Virus record (IMG/VR): IMGVR_UViG_3300005563_000030
Span: 1 to 64,000 of that record
Reading direction: 5' to 3' (one strand)
Length of the DNA: 64,000 nt
Origin: a virus
Made by a program: the position numbers and the translations under genes. Positions 17,990 through 27,600 of this stretch are shown one piece after another. Each line of letters begins with the position of its first letter. The first letter of the stretch is position 1. Under the pieces are notes generated by a model. It saw only the letters and a list, made by a program, of their open reading frames with translations. It had not been told where the DNA came from and did no database searches.

Positions 17990-19368
17990 TAATGTACTAT
18001 TTTAAGAGCATCACCTGTTCTGTATAAATATCCAGCGGTAAGACCAGCCGCAATAGCTGCTGCATTATCTGTATATTCTACTATTCCCGTAAGTTTTATA
18101 CCTGTACCATTCACATTCAAAGATGTTAACAGGGCTGGTGTTACAACATCTGTATATTCCATCGAAAATCCAGTGATAGAATTTACTACTAAATTAGATG
18201 AGTGAGCAGCATCAAAGCTTAAAAGATCCACGCCATCATTGAAATCATAAGTTCCACCTACTGTAGAATTACCTTCTACTATTCTAAATAATCCTGTGTT
18301 ATTCCAAGTAACAGTATTATTTTGGACGTCTATTACTCTAGGACCACCAATAGCACCATTACCTGTGTAGATTGTTGTGTCTGTTGTTCCTAGTGGAAAT
18401 ATCTTTCTGGTAATACCACTTGTAAAGTAGAGATTAACTCCATCATATTCAATTACACCATCAACAGGAGCTGCAAGCAATCCTCCTGATGAGAATTTAA
18501 GAGGTGCTAATGTTGTTGTACCAGCTTTTATATGTAGTGCTGCCGCCGGAGATGTTACTCCAATACCAACACCTAACACATTAGTATTATTTATATTATT
18601 TGCTGTACTACTTACCCAATAGTTAGCAGCAGTAGTTTGCCAAGTACCAACACCAAAAGCATCTGAGGTTAACACTTTTCCTGCACCTAAACTCCCAGAG
18701 TTTAATTTAAAACTACCTAAAACATTAATGTTTCCACTAATAGATAGCGCAGGACTACTAATAGTCATTCTATTAAACGCATCCTCAATATATATTGAAT
18801 TACCGGGATAAAGCTCAGAACCAATAAATATGTTTCTAGCCTCAATCTTTATCTTATATCCAAAATCTGTACCATCTAGGTCACCTAGAGAATATTCGGT
18901 GGCTCTATCTAGCTTAAGTATCGTTCCGCTAGAGCTATTTAATATAGAAAATACACTACTTCCTATACTCATTTGTCTATCTGCTAGAAGGAATCCACCT
19001 TGTGATAGTACCTCATCTATATTAGGTGTAGTAGGTGTAGGGATTGTAGGAAACGTAGCTAGTGTACCATTACCTCTTAAATACTGATTGGTATTACCTG
19101 TCATGGTTATAGCTATGGTACCAGCGCTAGTTATAGGTGATCCAGTAACAGCGAAAGCTGAAGGCATTGTTATACCAATACTTGTCACACTTCCTGTACC
19201 ACCACCGCCACCCCCACCACCGACAGTTTTTAAATCCCATCCACAACAATCACCAGATAATCTTGTAATTGATACAGTGTTATCAGAACTAGTAAGATTT
19301 ATATCATTACAGTCTACTTTGTACCAAATAGGACTCCATGCCCTAACATTAGGTTTGCAATTACTCAT
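17989..19368 (-). CDS. tail fibre protein (459 aa)
   Basis: Cys N-terminus, poly-Gly linker, GSVTSIGIT..GSPITSAGT module and APLKF module. Confidence 0.7.
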   Translation of the reverse strand: MSNCKPNVRAWSPIWYKVDCNDINLTSSDNTVSITRLSGDCCGWDLKTVGGGGGGGGTGSVTSIGITMPSAFAVTGSPITSAGTIAITMTGNTNQYLRGNGTLATFPTIPTPTTPNIDEVLSQGGFLLADRQMSIGSSVFSILNSSSGTILKLDRATEYSLGDLDGTDFGYKIKIEARNIFIGSELYPGNSIYIEDAFNRMTISSPALSISGNINVLGSFKLNSGSLGAGKVLTSDAFGVGTWQTTAANYWVSSTANNINNTNVLGVGIGVTSPAAALHIKAGTTTLAPLKFSSGGLLAAPVDGVIEYDGVNLYFTSGITRKIFPLGTTDTTIYTGNGAIGGPRVIDVQNNTVTWNNTGLFRIVEGNSTVGGTYDFNDGVDLLSFDAAHSSNLVVNSITGFSMEYTDVVTPALLTSLNVNGTGIKLTGIVEYTDNAAAIAAGLTAGYLYRTGDALKIVH

Positions 19369-19369
19369 G

Positions 19370-19819
19370 TTAACTAAAGTATAATTGTGCTTCTCTTATT
19401 CTTCTATCAAGAAGAATTGGCTTTCCACCAGCATTTCTCCACATTTTGAAGGCATCTGTTATACTAGGATCATTAGGATTTGTGTTCACGCGTTTTAATA
19501 ATGTGCTCGTTTTGAAAGCTGTTACACCGATATTAAAACAAATTGAAACTAGCGCATTAAATTGGTTCTGATTTATATCATCTCTTGTAACCGACCAAAC
19601 GGTAGCTTCGTAATTTCTAAGTACATTCTTAAATAAAGATATTGCTCTTTCTTGACTAATCGGAGAATCAGTTATTTTTACTCTTGTACCATTTTCATAA
19701 TAAGTACATCCTACTCCAATTGTCGCAACACCTACAGAATCAAGGTAGGGATGTAATATCATCCCTTCCTCTTTAACGATAAAATTAATTCCTTTTGTAT
19801 CTACTGATGTTATTTCCAT
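19370..19819 (-). CDS. endolysin, GH24 phage lysozyme
   Basis: EEG-x5-YLDSVGVATIGVG catalytic E-D-T motif, NQNQFNALVS and RRIREAQLY. Confidence 0.92.
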   Translation of the reverse strand: MEITSVDTKGINFIVKEEGMILHPYLDSVGVATIGVGCTYYENGTRVKITDSPISQERAISLFKNVLRNYEATVWSVTRDDINQNQFNALVSICFNIGVTAFKTSTLLKRVNTNPNDPSITDAFKMWRNAGGKPILLDRRIREAQLYFS

Positions 19820-19998
19820 TAGTTGACATTTTCTGTAACAGGTTCAGCTACTGCTGAAGTTGTTGCATTTTTTGGTTGATTAGCTTCGTTTACTTTTCCT
19901 TGAAAGAAAAGGAATAGGGGATAGCTAAACTCAAAAGGGGTTCTTTTAATAAGATCGTTTAATTTGTTAATGTCCTGTTCTGTAAATTCAATGTTCAT
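19819..19998 (-). CDS. small hypothetical protein (59 aa), not in the ORF track
   Basis: MNIEFTEQDINKLNDLIKRTPFEFSYPLFLFFQGKV...; overlaps both neighbours at their start/stop codons. Confidence 0.65.
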   Translation of the reverse strand: MNIEFTEQDINKLNDLIKRTPFEFSYPLFLFFQGKVNEANQPKNATTSAVAEPVTENVN

Positions 19999-20288
19999 TG
20001 GTTTATATATTTGTTTAATAATGACAACGTTCTTTCCAGTGATTTTTTATAATAGAAAAGGTCAATGGTTCTTATCATGTAATACACTGTTTTTGTAAAC
20101 TGGTTATCTTGTAGTGTATACAGATTTAAAATAGGCTCTTCAAAATTACAGTTCTTGTAAGTAAGAGCATATTCTATGTATGCTTTAGCTTTGCGAAGAT
20201 AATTGAGCCCTTGTGCTGTTCTTGGCGGATTAGACTTCAAATAATTCTCCACATAAAATTCCAGTCGAGATTTATTTATCTGTCTCAT
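19995..20288 (-). CDS. hypothetical protein (97 aa)
   Basis: Coupled ORF within the lysis region. Confidence 0.6.
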   Translation of the reverse strand: MRQINKSRLEFYVENYLKSNPPRTAQGLNYLRKAKAYIEYALTYKNCNFEEPILNLYTLQDNQFTKTVYYMIRTIDLFYYKKSLERTLSLLNKYINQ

Positions 20289-21091
20289 TTGAATATTGCT
20301 CCAAGATTAAAGTTAAGTCCTGCGCTGACACCTATTCTATTAAGATTGACATCAGCTTTTTTTGTATTAAAATCGTATGTAAAAGGAACAAGTCCAATAT
20401 TAGCTCCAATTGTAACAAGAGGAATTTTTACTTTAGCTTCTTTTTGAAACATATTTTCTTGTATAATTGCTCCTTCTAAATGTCCTACTTCCATTCCGGG
20501 ATAATTAGGACGAACAAAGATTTCATATTGTTTCTTCTCATTCTGTTTAATACCCACTATCGCAGTAAAACCTATTTTATCTTCTGTGAGAATACTATAT
20601 GCTTTACCTTCTTTCTCCTTGTACACTGCTTCAAAAGCTAATGCTCTATAGTTTCCGGGAGAATAAATAGTGTCAATATGTGATCTTATACTAATTACAC
20701 TATCTACTACTTGGATTGTAGCAGGCAACATAATAGTATCATGCTTGACTCTAAAACCAATGTCGCTAATAAAACCAACTTTTCCCTTCGTAATTTCGAC
20801 ATTTCTCGCGAGAGAATCGTTGAGGGCTTTGAGTTCTTTTGTGCTTTTTGCGATATATAGTTTCTTATCATACTCTAGTTTACCGTTCTTAGCTTTAGTT
20901 ATTCTAATCGTATCTTGAGCTGCGTTGAGATTAGCTTCCATTCTATCAGCCTTCTCTTCAGCTTCTTTATACCTACTATAGTTCCATTTATTAACAAAGA
21001 ACAGTAGTAGAATAATTGAAATTCCAGCTATAATTATCTTACTCTTTGTATCAGAAATAAGACCTACAAGAAAATTCTTAATACTCCCCAT
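20285..21091 (-). CDS. spanin-like membrane protein (N-terminal TM, coiled coil, C-terminal amphipathic beta strands)
   Basis: IIIAGISIILLLFFV TM segment, then coiled coil; located near the endolysin. Confidence 0.55.
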   Translation of the reverse strand: MGSIKNFLVGLISDTKSKIIIAGISIILLLFFVNKWNYSRYKEAEEKADRMEANLNAAQDTIRITKAKNGKLEYDKKLYIAKSTKELKALNDSLARNVEITKGKVGFISDIGFRVKHDTIMLPATIQVVDSVISIRSHIDTIYSPGNYRALAFEAVYKEKEGKAYSILTEDKIGFTAIVGIKQNEKKQYEIFVRPNYPGMEVGHLEGAIIQENMFQKEAKVKIPLVTIGANIGLVPFTYDFNTKKADVNLNRIGVSAGLNFNLGAIFK

Positions 21092-21474
21092 AGTAACAAG
21101 ATTAATAGGAATACTGCACTTTTAATAACAGCTCCATTTGTTCCAAATATCTTTCTGAAGAATCTATCAACCATGGATGTATTTCCAATGTACGTAGTAA
21201 CTAATGAACTATATTTATTGAATGCTAGGTCATAGAAACCAAGTCTTAAGAGAAGAGCCTGAACTGGCACCGTTATCCATAGTCCTGTAGCCCATGCGAG
21301 TACAGCTACGAATATTGTATGAATCGCTACACCATCACGATGCCACCTATCAAGACGTGATTTTGTCACACCTTCATAAGGGTCTTTTGTTCCTCTCAGC
21401 AGGTAGGAACTTGCATCCTTTCCTGCCAAGAAGAGTATAAAGATAAGCGATATGACTAATGATAAAGCGTACAT
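21064..21474 (-). CDS. multi-TM membrane protein (136 aa)
   Basis: Three to four hydrophobic segments. Confidence 0.65.
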   Translation of the reverse strand: MYALSLVISLIFILFLAGKDASSYLLRGTKDPYEGVTKSRLDRWHRDGVAIHTIFVAVLAWATGLWITVPVQALLLRLGFYDLAFNKYSSLVTTYIGNTSMVDRFFRKIFGTNGAVIKSAVFLLILLLWGVLRIFL

Positions 21475-21728
21475 TAGCTTTGATCGGTTGTGTTAGACTC
21501 TTTTTGCTGAGATTTCCAGTAGATTCCACCGATAAATCCAACAACTCCTACACCAGCAAGTACATTCCAGCCTATTTGCCAAAATTTAGAATCAGCATAG
21601 TCAGACCAGCCAATCCCGCCAATTGTCAATACTAAGCAAGCCACTAAGCCAGCTACGAATGCAATATCTTTTACTTTTCTACTAATTTTAATACTCATAT
21701 TTTTTGATTTAGTAACAAAGATAATCAT
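21474..21728 (-). CDS. two-TM membrane protein, holin/antiholin candidate (alternative start 21698)
   Basis: Two hydrophobic helices and a polar C-terminal tail. Confidence 0.6.
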   Translation of the reverse strand: MIIFVTKSKNMSIKISRKVKDIAFVAGLVACLVLTIGGIGWSDYADSKFWQIGWNVLAGVGVVGFIGGIYWKSQQKESNTTDQS

Positions 21729-21747
21729 TTTGATTCAATTATCCAAA

Positions 21748-22113
21748 TTAAACTTCATTACTTTCTAACTCTTCTTTATTCACCACCTCTTTACCTTTAC
21801 GAATTAATTTAACCTTATTAGCGATATACTTGTAAATTCCATCTATAATTATCATTCCCATCATTCCAATAATAAAAGATAAGGCTGCCATGAATTCAAT
21901 AGGGATTGCTTCTTTATGTGCAATCAACGGAGTAATATATCCTGCAACTATAGAGCCGATAAGAATCTGTCTAAGTGCCTCTATTAACCTTAGTTTTTTA
22001 TAAATTGACCACACAACAGCTCCTATAAAGCCGTTCAGCACGTAGCGCCAGCCTATACCAAGCTCATCTAACACATCAAAAAAGTTCATATTAGCATATT
22101 CTCCTTTTTTCAT
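21748..22113 (-). CDS. putative holin (3 TM)
   Basis: Three TM segments and a charged C-terminal tail in the lysis cassette. Confidence 0.6.
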   Translation of the reverse strand: MKKGEYANMNFFDVLDELGIGWRYVLNGFIGAVVWSIYKKLRLIEALRQILIGSIVAGYITPLIAHKEAIPIEFMAALSFIIGMMGMIIIDGIYKYIANKVKLIRKGKEVVNKEELESNEV

Positions 22114-22126
22114 TTCTCATTGATCT

Positions 22127-22474
22127 TTATTTAACTTCCCCATCACAAACCGGTGGTGGAGTAAATTGAGAATCTGAAACTCTGAATACGTTATTCTGAT
22201 AAGTTTTCAGAGCTAGGGCTGCTGCTAGTAAGGCTGCTTCTATACCTAGAATTATTGCAATCTGAGCAAGGTTTCCTGAAATAGAAGAAACTAGAGCTGG
22301 ATCAATGGTTTTGTCTTTATAAACAAGATTTAATAATTTAGCTACAATAAACGATGTACTATGCACATTACGGATAAAGTCTATAAGTAATGCAATTGCG
22401 CCTAAGCTACGTAGAGAAAGCTTTCCATCGTTTCCTAGCCAAAGAGGTTCTATATATTTAAAGAACTTCTTCAT
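22127..22474 (-). CDS. membrane protein, holin-like (DGKLSLR motif)
   Basis: Two hydrophobic segments after G-N-D-G-K-L-S. Confidence 0.55.
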   Translation of the reverse strand: MKKFFKYIEPLWLGNDGKLSLRSLGAIALLIDFIRNVHSTSFIVAKLLNLVYKDKTIDPALVSSISGNLAQIAIILGIEAALLAAALALKTYQNNVFRVSDSQFTPPPVCDGEVK

Positions 22475-24210
22475 TAGGTGTATAAAGGAATTTTATAAGT
22501 TGTTCCATTAATTACTACTGATGCCCACGATACAGGAGTTCCTAAGAAGTTAGTAGCAGAAGTACCATAGAAGTTGACAATAGTAGTACCAGCAGTTGTA
22601 CTTGGAGCAGTGGCTCCAGATACACCTACAAAGATAGATTCTCTAGTTGTACCAGTTCTGGTAAAGAAGAGGTTAGTACCATTGTATTCTATAGCGCCTG
22701 TTTCAGCAGTAGTCATCACTGTTCCTGAAGTAAGCTTGATTGGAGCAGTAGCAGCAGTAGCACTACCAGCAGCTATGTGTAATTTTGCAGTAGCAGTACT
22801 ATCACCACCAATAGTTATCAGAGGAACTGAGAAGTGCATCTCAGCACCAGTTATATAAAACACAGAATTCGTAAAAGTAAGATAACCTCTACCTGTTGTT
22901 GCTGGAAACCCGTTATTTGAACCACCATTACCAAGTGTAACTTGATCTCCAAAATCATTTAATAAAGTATATATAACATTATTTGTATCAGTATTACCTT
23001 GCATAGAAGTACTTAAACCCGGTGCAAGTGTAGTATAACTGCCATCAGATACTCTTGAAATAGAAAATTGCTGGAATGATTGATTCCAAGTAAAGTTAGA
23101 ACTATCAGCTAATCTACCATTGGTAGTTACATAAGGAACTCTACCAGAAGTTAAAGCAGCATCGGCTAGAGCAAACTCTTTACGAGCAGCACCAGTAGTG
23201 ATAGTTAAGTAAGCTTTATCAGTAAGAAACTCTACTGCACCAGCTTCCGCTGTTGTATTTAGAGAACCCGATGTAAACTTTAAAGGAGCTGATTGAGCAC
23301 CAGCAGCACCAGCAGGAAGATGTAATCTAGCTGTAGGTGAAGTTATAGTAGAACCAATACCAATACGTCCATTTAGTAAAGCATCTATTGTAAATACTTG
23401 AGTTTCAACACCAGCGTTTAAAGCCCATATCTCGAACTTTGATGTATTATTTGCTTGGTTGGCATTTCTCGAAACAAGTCTTACAGTTTTTAATCCTGTA
23501 TTACCTACTTGAGGAGCACAAATATCAAGAGATACTGCGGAGTTAGCAGGAACTATAGCATTGGTGTTTCTGTCAAGAAGCATTAATGTTTCAATAGTAC
23601 CTACGTTAAGGTTACCTATTTTTGTACCCTGAAAAGTATAGTGCCCTATAGTTTCATCAGTTTCAGAATAAATAGTTGTAAAGCTACCATTAACCGCTTT
23701 TAGCGCAAAGTTACCATTACCTGATGTCTGAATACCAATACTCGATCCATTTACTAATATACCTTGTGACGCACCAGTACCAGCCACTTGAATACCGATA
23801 CCTGCATTATTTTGTACTAATACACCTACACTTTGAGTACCTATACCATCTACTATAATACCCCAATCACCACCAGATGTTAATAACGCAGCGTTACTTG
23901 CTCCATCAGCAGGTGCAGTTACTCCTAACGATACACCGAATTGTGGATCTGGAGCAGAAAGATCATAGGTTGATTGTACTTTAAAGAAACTATTAGCTAT
24001 ACTCGGAGCAGAAGCGGATGCTACATTTGAGGTTACGCCACTAAATGTAACAGTTTCAGTCGTAGTGTCACCAGTAACAGTAGTTGCTTCTAATAAGCTC
24101 CCACCCAGTCTGACATTTACACTATTTAGATGAAGACCATTTTCTGCACCATTTACAGAGCCCCCACCACCCCCACCACCTGAGGGATATTTAATTATTG
24201 ATAAACTCAT
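22474..24210 (-). CDS. tail fibre / tail spike protein (578 aa)
   Basis: Poly-Gly linker, beta-helix-like GI-V repeats, two APLKF/APIKL modules and C-terminal YKIPLY. Confidence 0.72.
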   Translation of the reverse strand: MSLSIIKYPSGGGGGGGSVNGAENGLHLNSVNVRLGGSLLEATTVTGDTTTETVTFSGVTSNVASASAPSIANSFFKVQSTYDLSAPDPQFGVSLGVTAPADGASNAALLTSGGDWGIIVDGIGTQSVGVLVQNNAGIGIQVAGTGASQGILVNGSSIGIQTSGNGNFALKAVNGSFTTIYSETDETIGHYTFQGTKIGNLNVGTIETLMLLDRNTNAIVPANSAVSLDICAPQVGNTGLKTVRLVSRNANQANNTSKFEIWALNAGVETQVFTIDALLNGRIGIGSTITSPTARLHLPAGAAGAQSAPLKFTSGSLNTTAEAGAVEFLTDKAYLTITTGAARKEFALADAALTSGRVPYVTTNGRLADSSNFTWNQSFQQFSISRVSDGSYTTLAPGLSTSMQGNTDTNNVIYTLLNDFGDQVTLGNGGSNNGFPATTGRGYLTFTNSVFYITGAEMHFSVPLITIGGDSTATAKLHIAAGSATAATAPIKLTSGTVMTTAETGAIEYNGTNLFFTRTGTTRESIFVGVSGATAPSTTAGTTIVNFYGTSATNFLGTPVSWASVVINGTTYKIPLYT

Positions 24211-24218
24211 TATTTATA

Positions 24219-24527
24219 TTATTTTGTGCCAATCCATTTAACAGCACCAGCAGTTAATGTATATGCAGGTAATGTACCACCTTCAGCAGCAGTTTGTACA
24301 ATAGATTCCCCTATCACATCAAATGTGAATGTACTTCCATCAGAGAAAGTAACAGTAGCAGGAACAGTAGTAGCAACGATTGAGATAGAATTATATCCAG
24401 CAGGAATATTTCCTGTGCCAGCAGAAGTAGTAGCTGGTGATTTAGAGCCGCATTGGGCATTTGCAATTAAACGTAGATAGCGTGCCTGTTCTGTTAAGAC
24501 AGGCTTAAGTTCGCCGTAACTAGCCAT
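24219..24527 (-). CDS. small structural protein (102 aa)
   Basis: Beta-rich T/A/G composition; first gene after the promoter. Confidence 0.65.
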   Translation of the reverse strand: MASYGELKPVLTEQARYLRLIANAQCGSKSPATTSAGTGNIPAGYNSISIVATTVPATVTFSDGSTFTFDVIGESIVQTAAEGGTLPAYTLTAGAVKWIGTK

Positions 24528-24595
24528 TATATATCAATTTTTGTATTAAAAATTCGGCTTCAAACTAAGAAGCCCAGCAATTGCTCGCTAGGCTA

Positions 24596-24603
24596 CAAAA
24601 GTA
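24596..24603 (-). promoter_or_regulatory. -7 promoter element for the tail-fibre/lysis operon
   Basis: TACTTTTG on the minus strand in the 130-bp intergenic region. Confidence 0.5.
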
Positions 24604-24657
24604 TGCTTTTTTATTAGAAATAAGGTCGTTAGAGTACATTTCTTGACTCTAATAGCA

Positions 24658-27600
24658 TTATCGACCAGTCAGTTGATAGAATTTAATCTGTTCTTCAGGA
24701 GTTAAGAGATTTATGAACTGTCTTACTACAGGTAGTAGTTTTAATGTTTTAATATACAGTTTTTTATCTCCTTTCTTTGCAAAACCTGATGCTCTTTGAT
24801 ATTCCTCGAATGGATGGAACAACTGAGTAAACCAGCTTATCCATTTCTCAATCATATTAATAGAAGCTGCTGGGTTACGAATTACACGAATAAAGTCAGC
24901 CGGATTAATATATTGTGTAATATCTGCACTGAAACGTGTAAGTTGAAGTTCCATTTCGGAGTTTAGCCAACTCTTATCATCGTCATCAGCACTAGCCACT
25001 CCAATCAGAACAAATGTAGCAATGATTACAGCCATTTCGTATAATGTCTTATTAATAGCTGCTTTCTGGAATTCATCATATCCTTCCTTAGTCCACATTC
25101 TTTGAAGTACTCCAAATTTGTATTCTTTCATGTCTGCAAGTATCTTAGATGCAAACTCTCTCCAATATCCACCTTCTACTGTACCAAGCTCATAGTCCAC
25201 ATATTTAGCACCATATCTTGAAGTAATAGCTTTGAAGAAATACTTACGGAACATAAGAGCAAGCTTTCCATACCAACGACGAGATAGCATAGCTTTATCA
25301 AATGAGTTATAAACCCCATGTAAGTTCTTAACCAACGCATGTAATCTATTACGAAAAGCTTTATCGTCTTCAGCAGACCATCCATAACGTTCAGCCATTA
25401 CTTGCTGATCCCCTTTAGCTTCTTTTAAGGCTTCATAGAGGTTAACTTCTTTTCCTGTTTTGGAATCAGTTAACTTTCTAGCGTGCATTAAGGACATCAT
25501 AGCAGTTGTCTGAATCTGATGCTCACCCCCTTTTTGTAAGAAGAAGAGAGAGCTTGTTTTCATCAACTTATTAAATGTTCCTTTAGACACATTATCTCCA
25601 TAGTGATCTTTAAACTCACCTTGTGGGACATCATAGTGGTCAGCGAGTTCATTAAGAAATGAATCTTCACCACCTGCGGCTTCAGCAACTAATGATGGAA
25701 GATGTTTTGCGTATTCCACCTGTGCCCATCCCCAATCCTTCATAGAATAGAATCGTCTACCAATAGCTTCAATTGTGTTATTGAAGTTACCTACTGCTAC
25801 GTTGCTTATACCACCATTTACGTTAGCTGCCATGTTTTGCATAGCTGTAACCAATGCTACTTTACCTGACAATTTATCCATGGAGATTTCCTGACCAAGT
25901 ACGTTTATAGTTTGGTCAAAAGATGAATCTCCATACACAACATCATTAATAAACTCATTAAGACGAGCATTTAGCATATCTTCACGAGTCATCTTAGAAA
26001 CCACTTTCTTAGTGATAGCATTAAAGATTTGATTACCTTTAGCATTTGTTTTAGCTATACTACGACCTTCAATACCAAGGTTAAAGTCACCGTTAAGTAC
26101 TGTTTTGAGTACAACAACATTAGGTTCTATCTCAGTCATACCTCTGTAGTTATTAGCCATTTGGCTATACATAAGTACTGTAGATAGAAGGTCTAATTTA
26201 ACATCACTATTATTTAATTTTCTTACATAATAAACAGGAATATGTTTTACTTCAGTTTTATCTTGTCTTTGCACTGTTCTATCATCTTCATTCTCAGCCT
26301 CGATACCTTTCAAGACTTTCTTTCCAAGTTTCTTTAAGTTTTCCTTTACACCATCTTTCCATTGCAGGTCAGAAAAGGCATTACCCCCTTTAGATACTTG
26401 TGGAATAATTCCATGCTCCAACGCATAAGAACCAAGCGCAGCATTAGCATCTTGATAGGTTTTATATAACTTAGCATAGTAAGGATTTCTCATTAAAGTG
26501 CCAAACTTAGTATTTCTATACTTCTCGCCAGGAAGAATTAATTCACCTGACAAGGCTCTAAATGTACCTTTTTTAGCATTATATGTTCCGGGAATAGCAC
26601 GTCTACCATAATAATCCATGGTATTTCTACCATATCCATATTCAATATTATCAACTTCTTTAGTGTTTGTTAACCACCATTCCTCAAATTGTCTAGCAGA
26701 CATTGTTCTTCTATTGTGGTCAATTATTTCATCAGCATGAGGATTAACTACAGTGTTTAATGAATACCATTCACCTTGGGCTTTTTTCCATGATTTAAGT
26801 TGTTGTGGATCAGATGGACGAGGTCCAAGTTGATCGTAGAATTTCTTCTTAGCTATTTCAAATTCGTCTGTGTTATATTCCTGATGGAATGCAAGACGTT
26901 TAACATAATCATATTTATCTTCACCTGTTTCCTCATCAACACCTACTTTCTCCCACACCCTAACTTCTTTTAAGAATTGTTTATTGAACTCTTCCTCATC
27001 CTTAGAAGTTTTATATAAAGCTGTACCTCTAGCTTTTTTATATTCGTCCATGAGGTATTTCTTGATTTCAAGGTCTTTTACGTGATTGTCATATACAACG
27101 TCCTTAAGAGCAAGAGCAATAGCAGCAGATACAGGGTCACGGCTATTAATTGTTGTACCAAGCCATTGACCAGCAGCAGAAATATCACGAAGAGCTTGTA
27201 CTAGCTGTTCTCTAAATTTCTCTTTGGTTAGTATCATATTGGTCATACCAGAAGCCTCAAGGTTCTTATTAGTATACTCAAGGTGTGGATATAACCATTC
27301 GGTTATGTATGTAAGAGCGAATGATTTGAAGTCTTCAATAATAAGCTCTTTTTTATCAATTGCGTCCCTTAACTTACTAAAGTTGTCATCTGTAGAATCT
27401 TTACCTTCTCTTAGAAGAAGAGATTTGATGTCATCAAGAGAACTATAAACGTTTAAGAGCTGTTGGATTTCACCAAGAATGTTAAGGTTATAAGTAATCT
27501 GACTCTGTGTTAGCTTACCTGCGTCTTTAACAGAGGCACGTAAGCTCTCAAACTTTGTTGAAGCTTGTTCGATATAGTGAATTGAATTAGATACGAAGTT

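Noticed and set aside
15476-24210. Diversity-generating retroelement or invertase shufflon acting on the fibres
   Set aside because: No reverse transcriptase, site-specific recombinase, adenine-specific TR/VR pair or inverted cassettes seen in the window.
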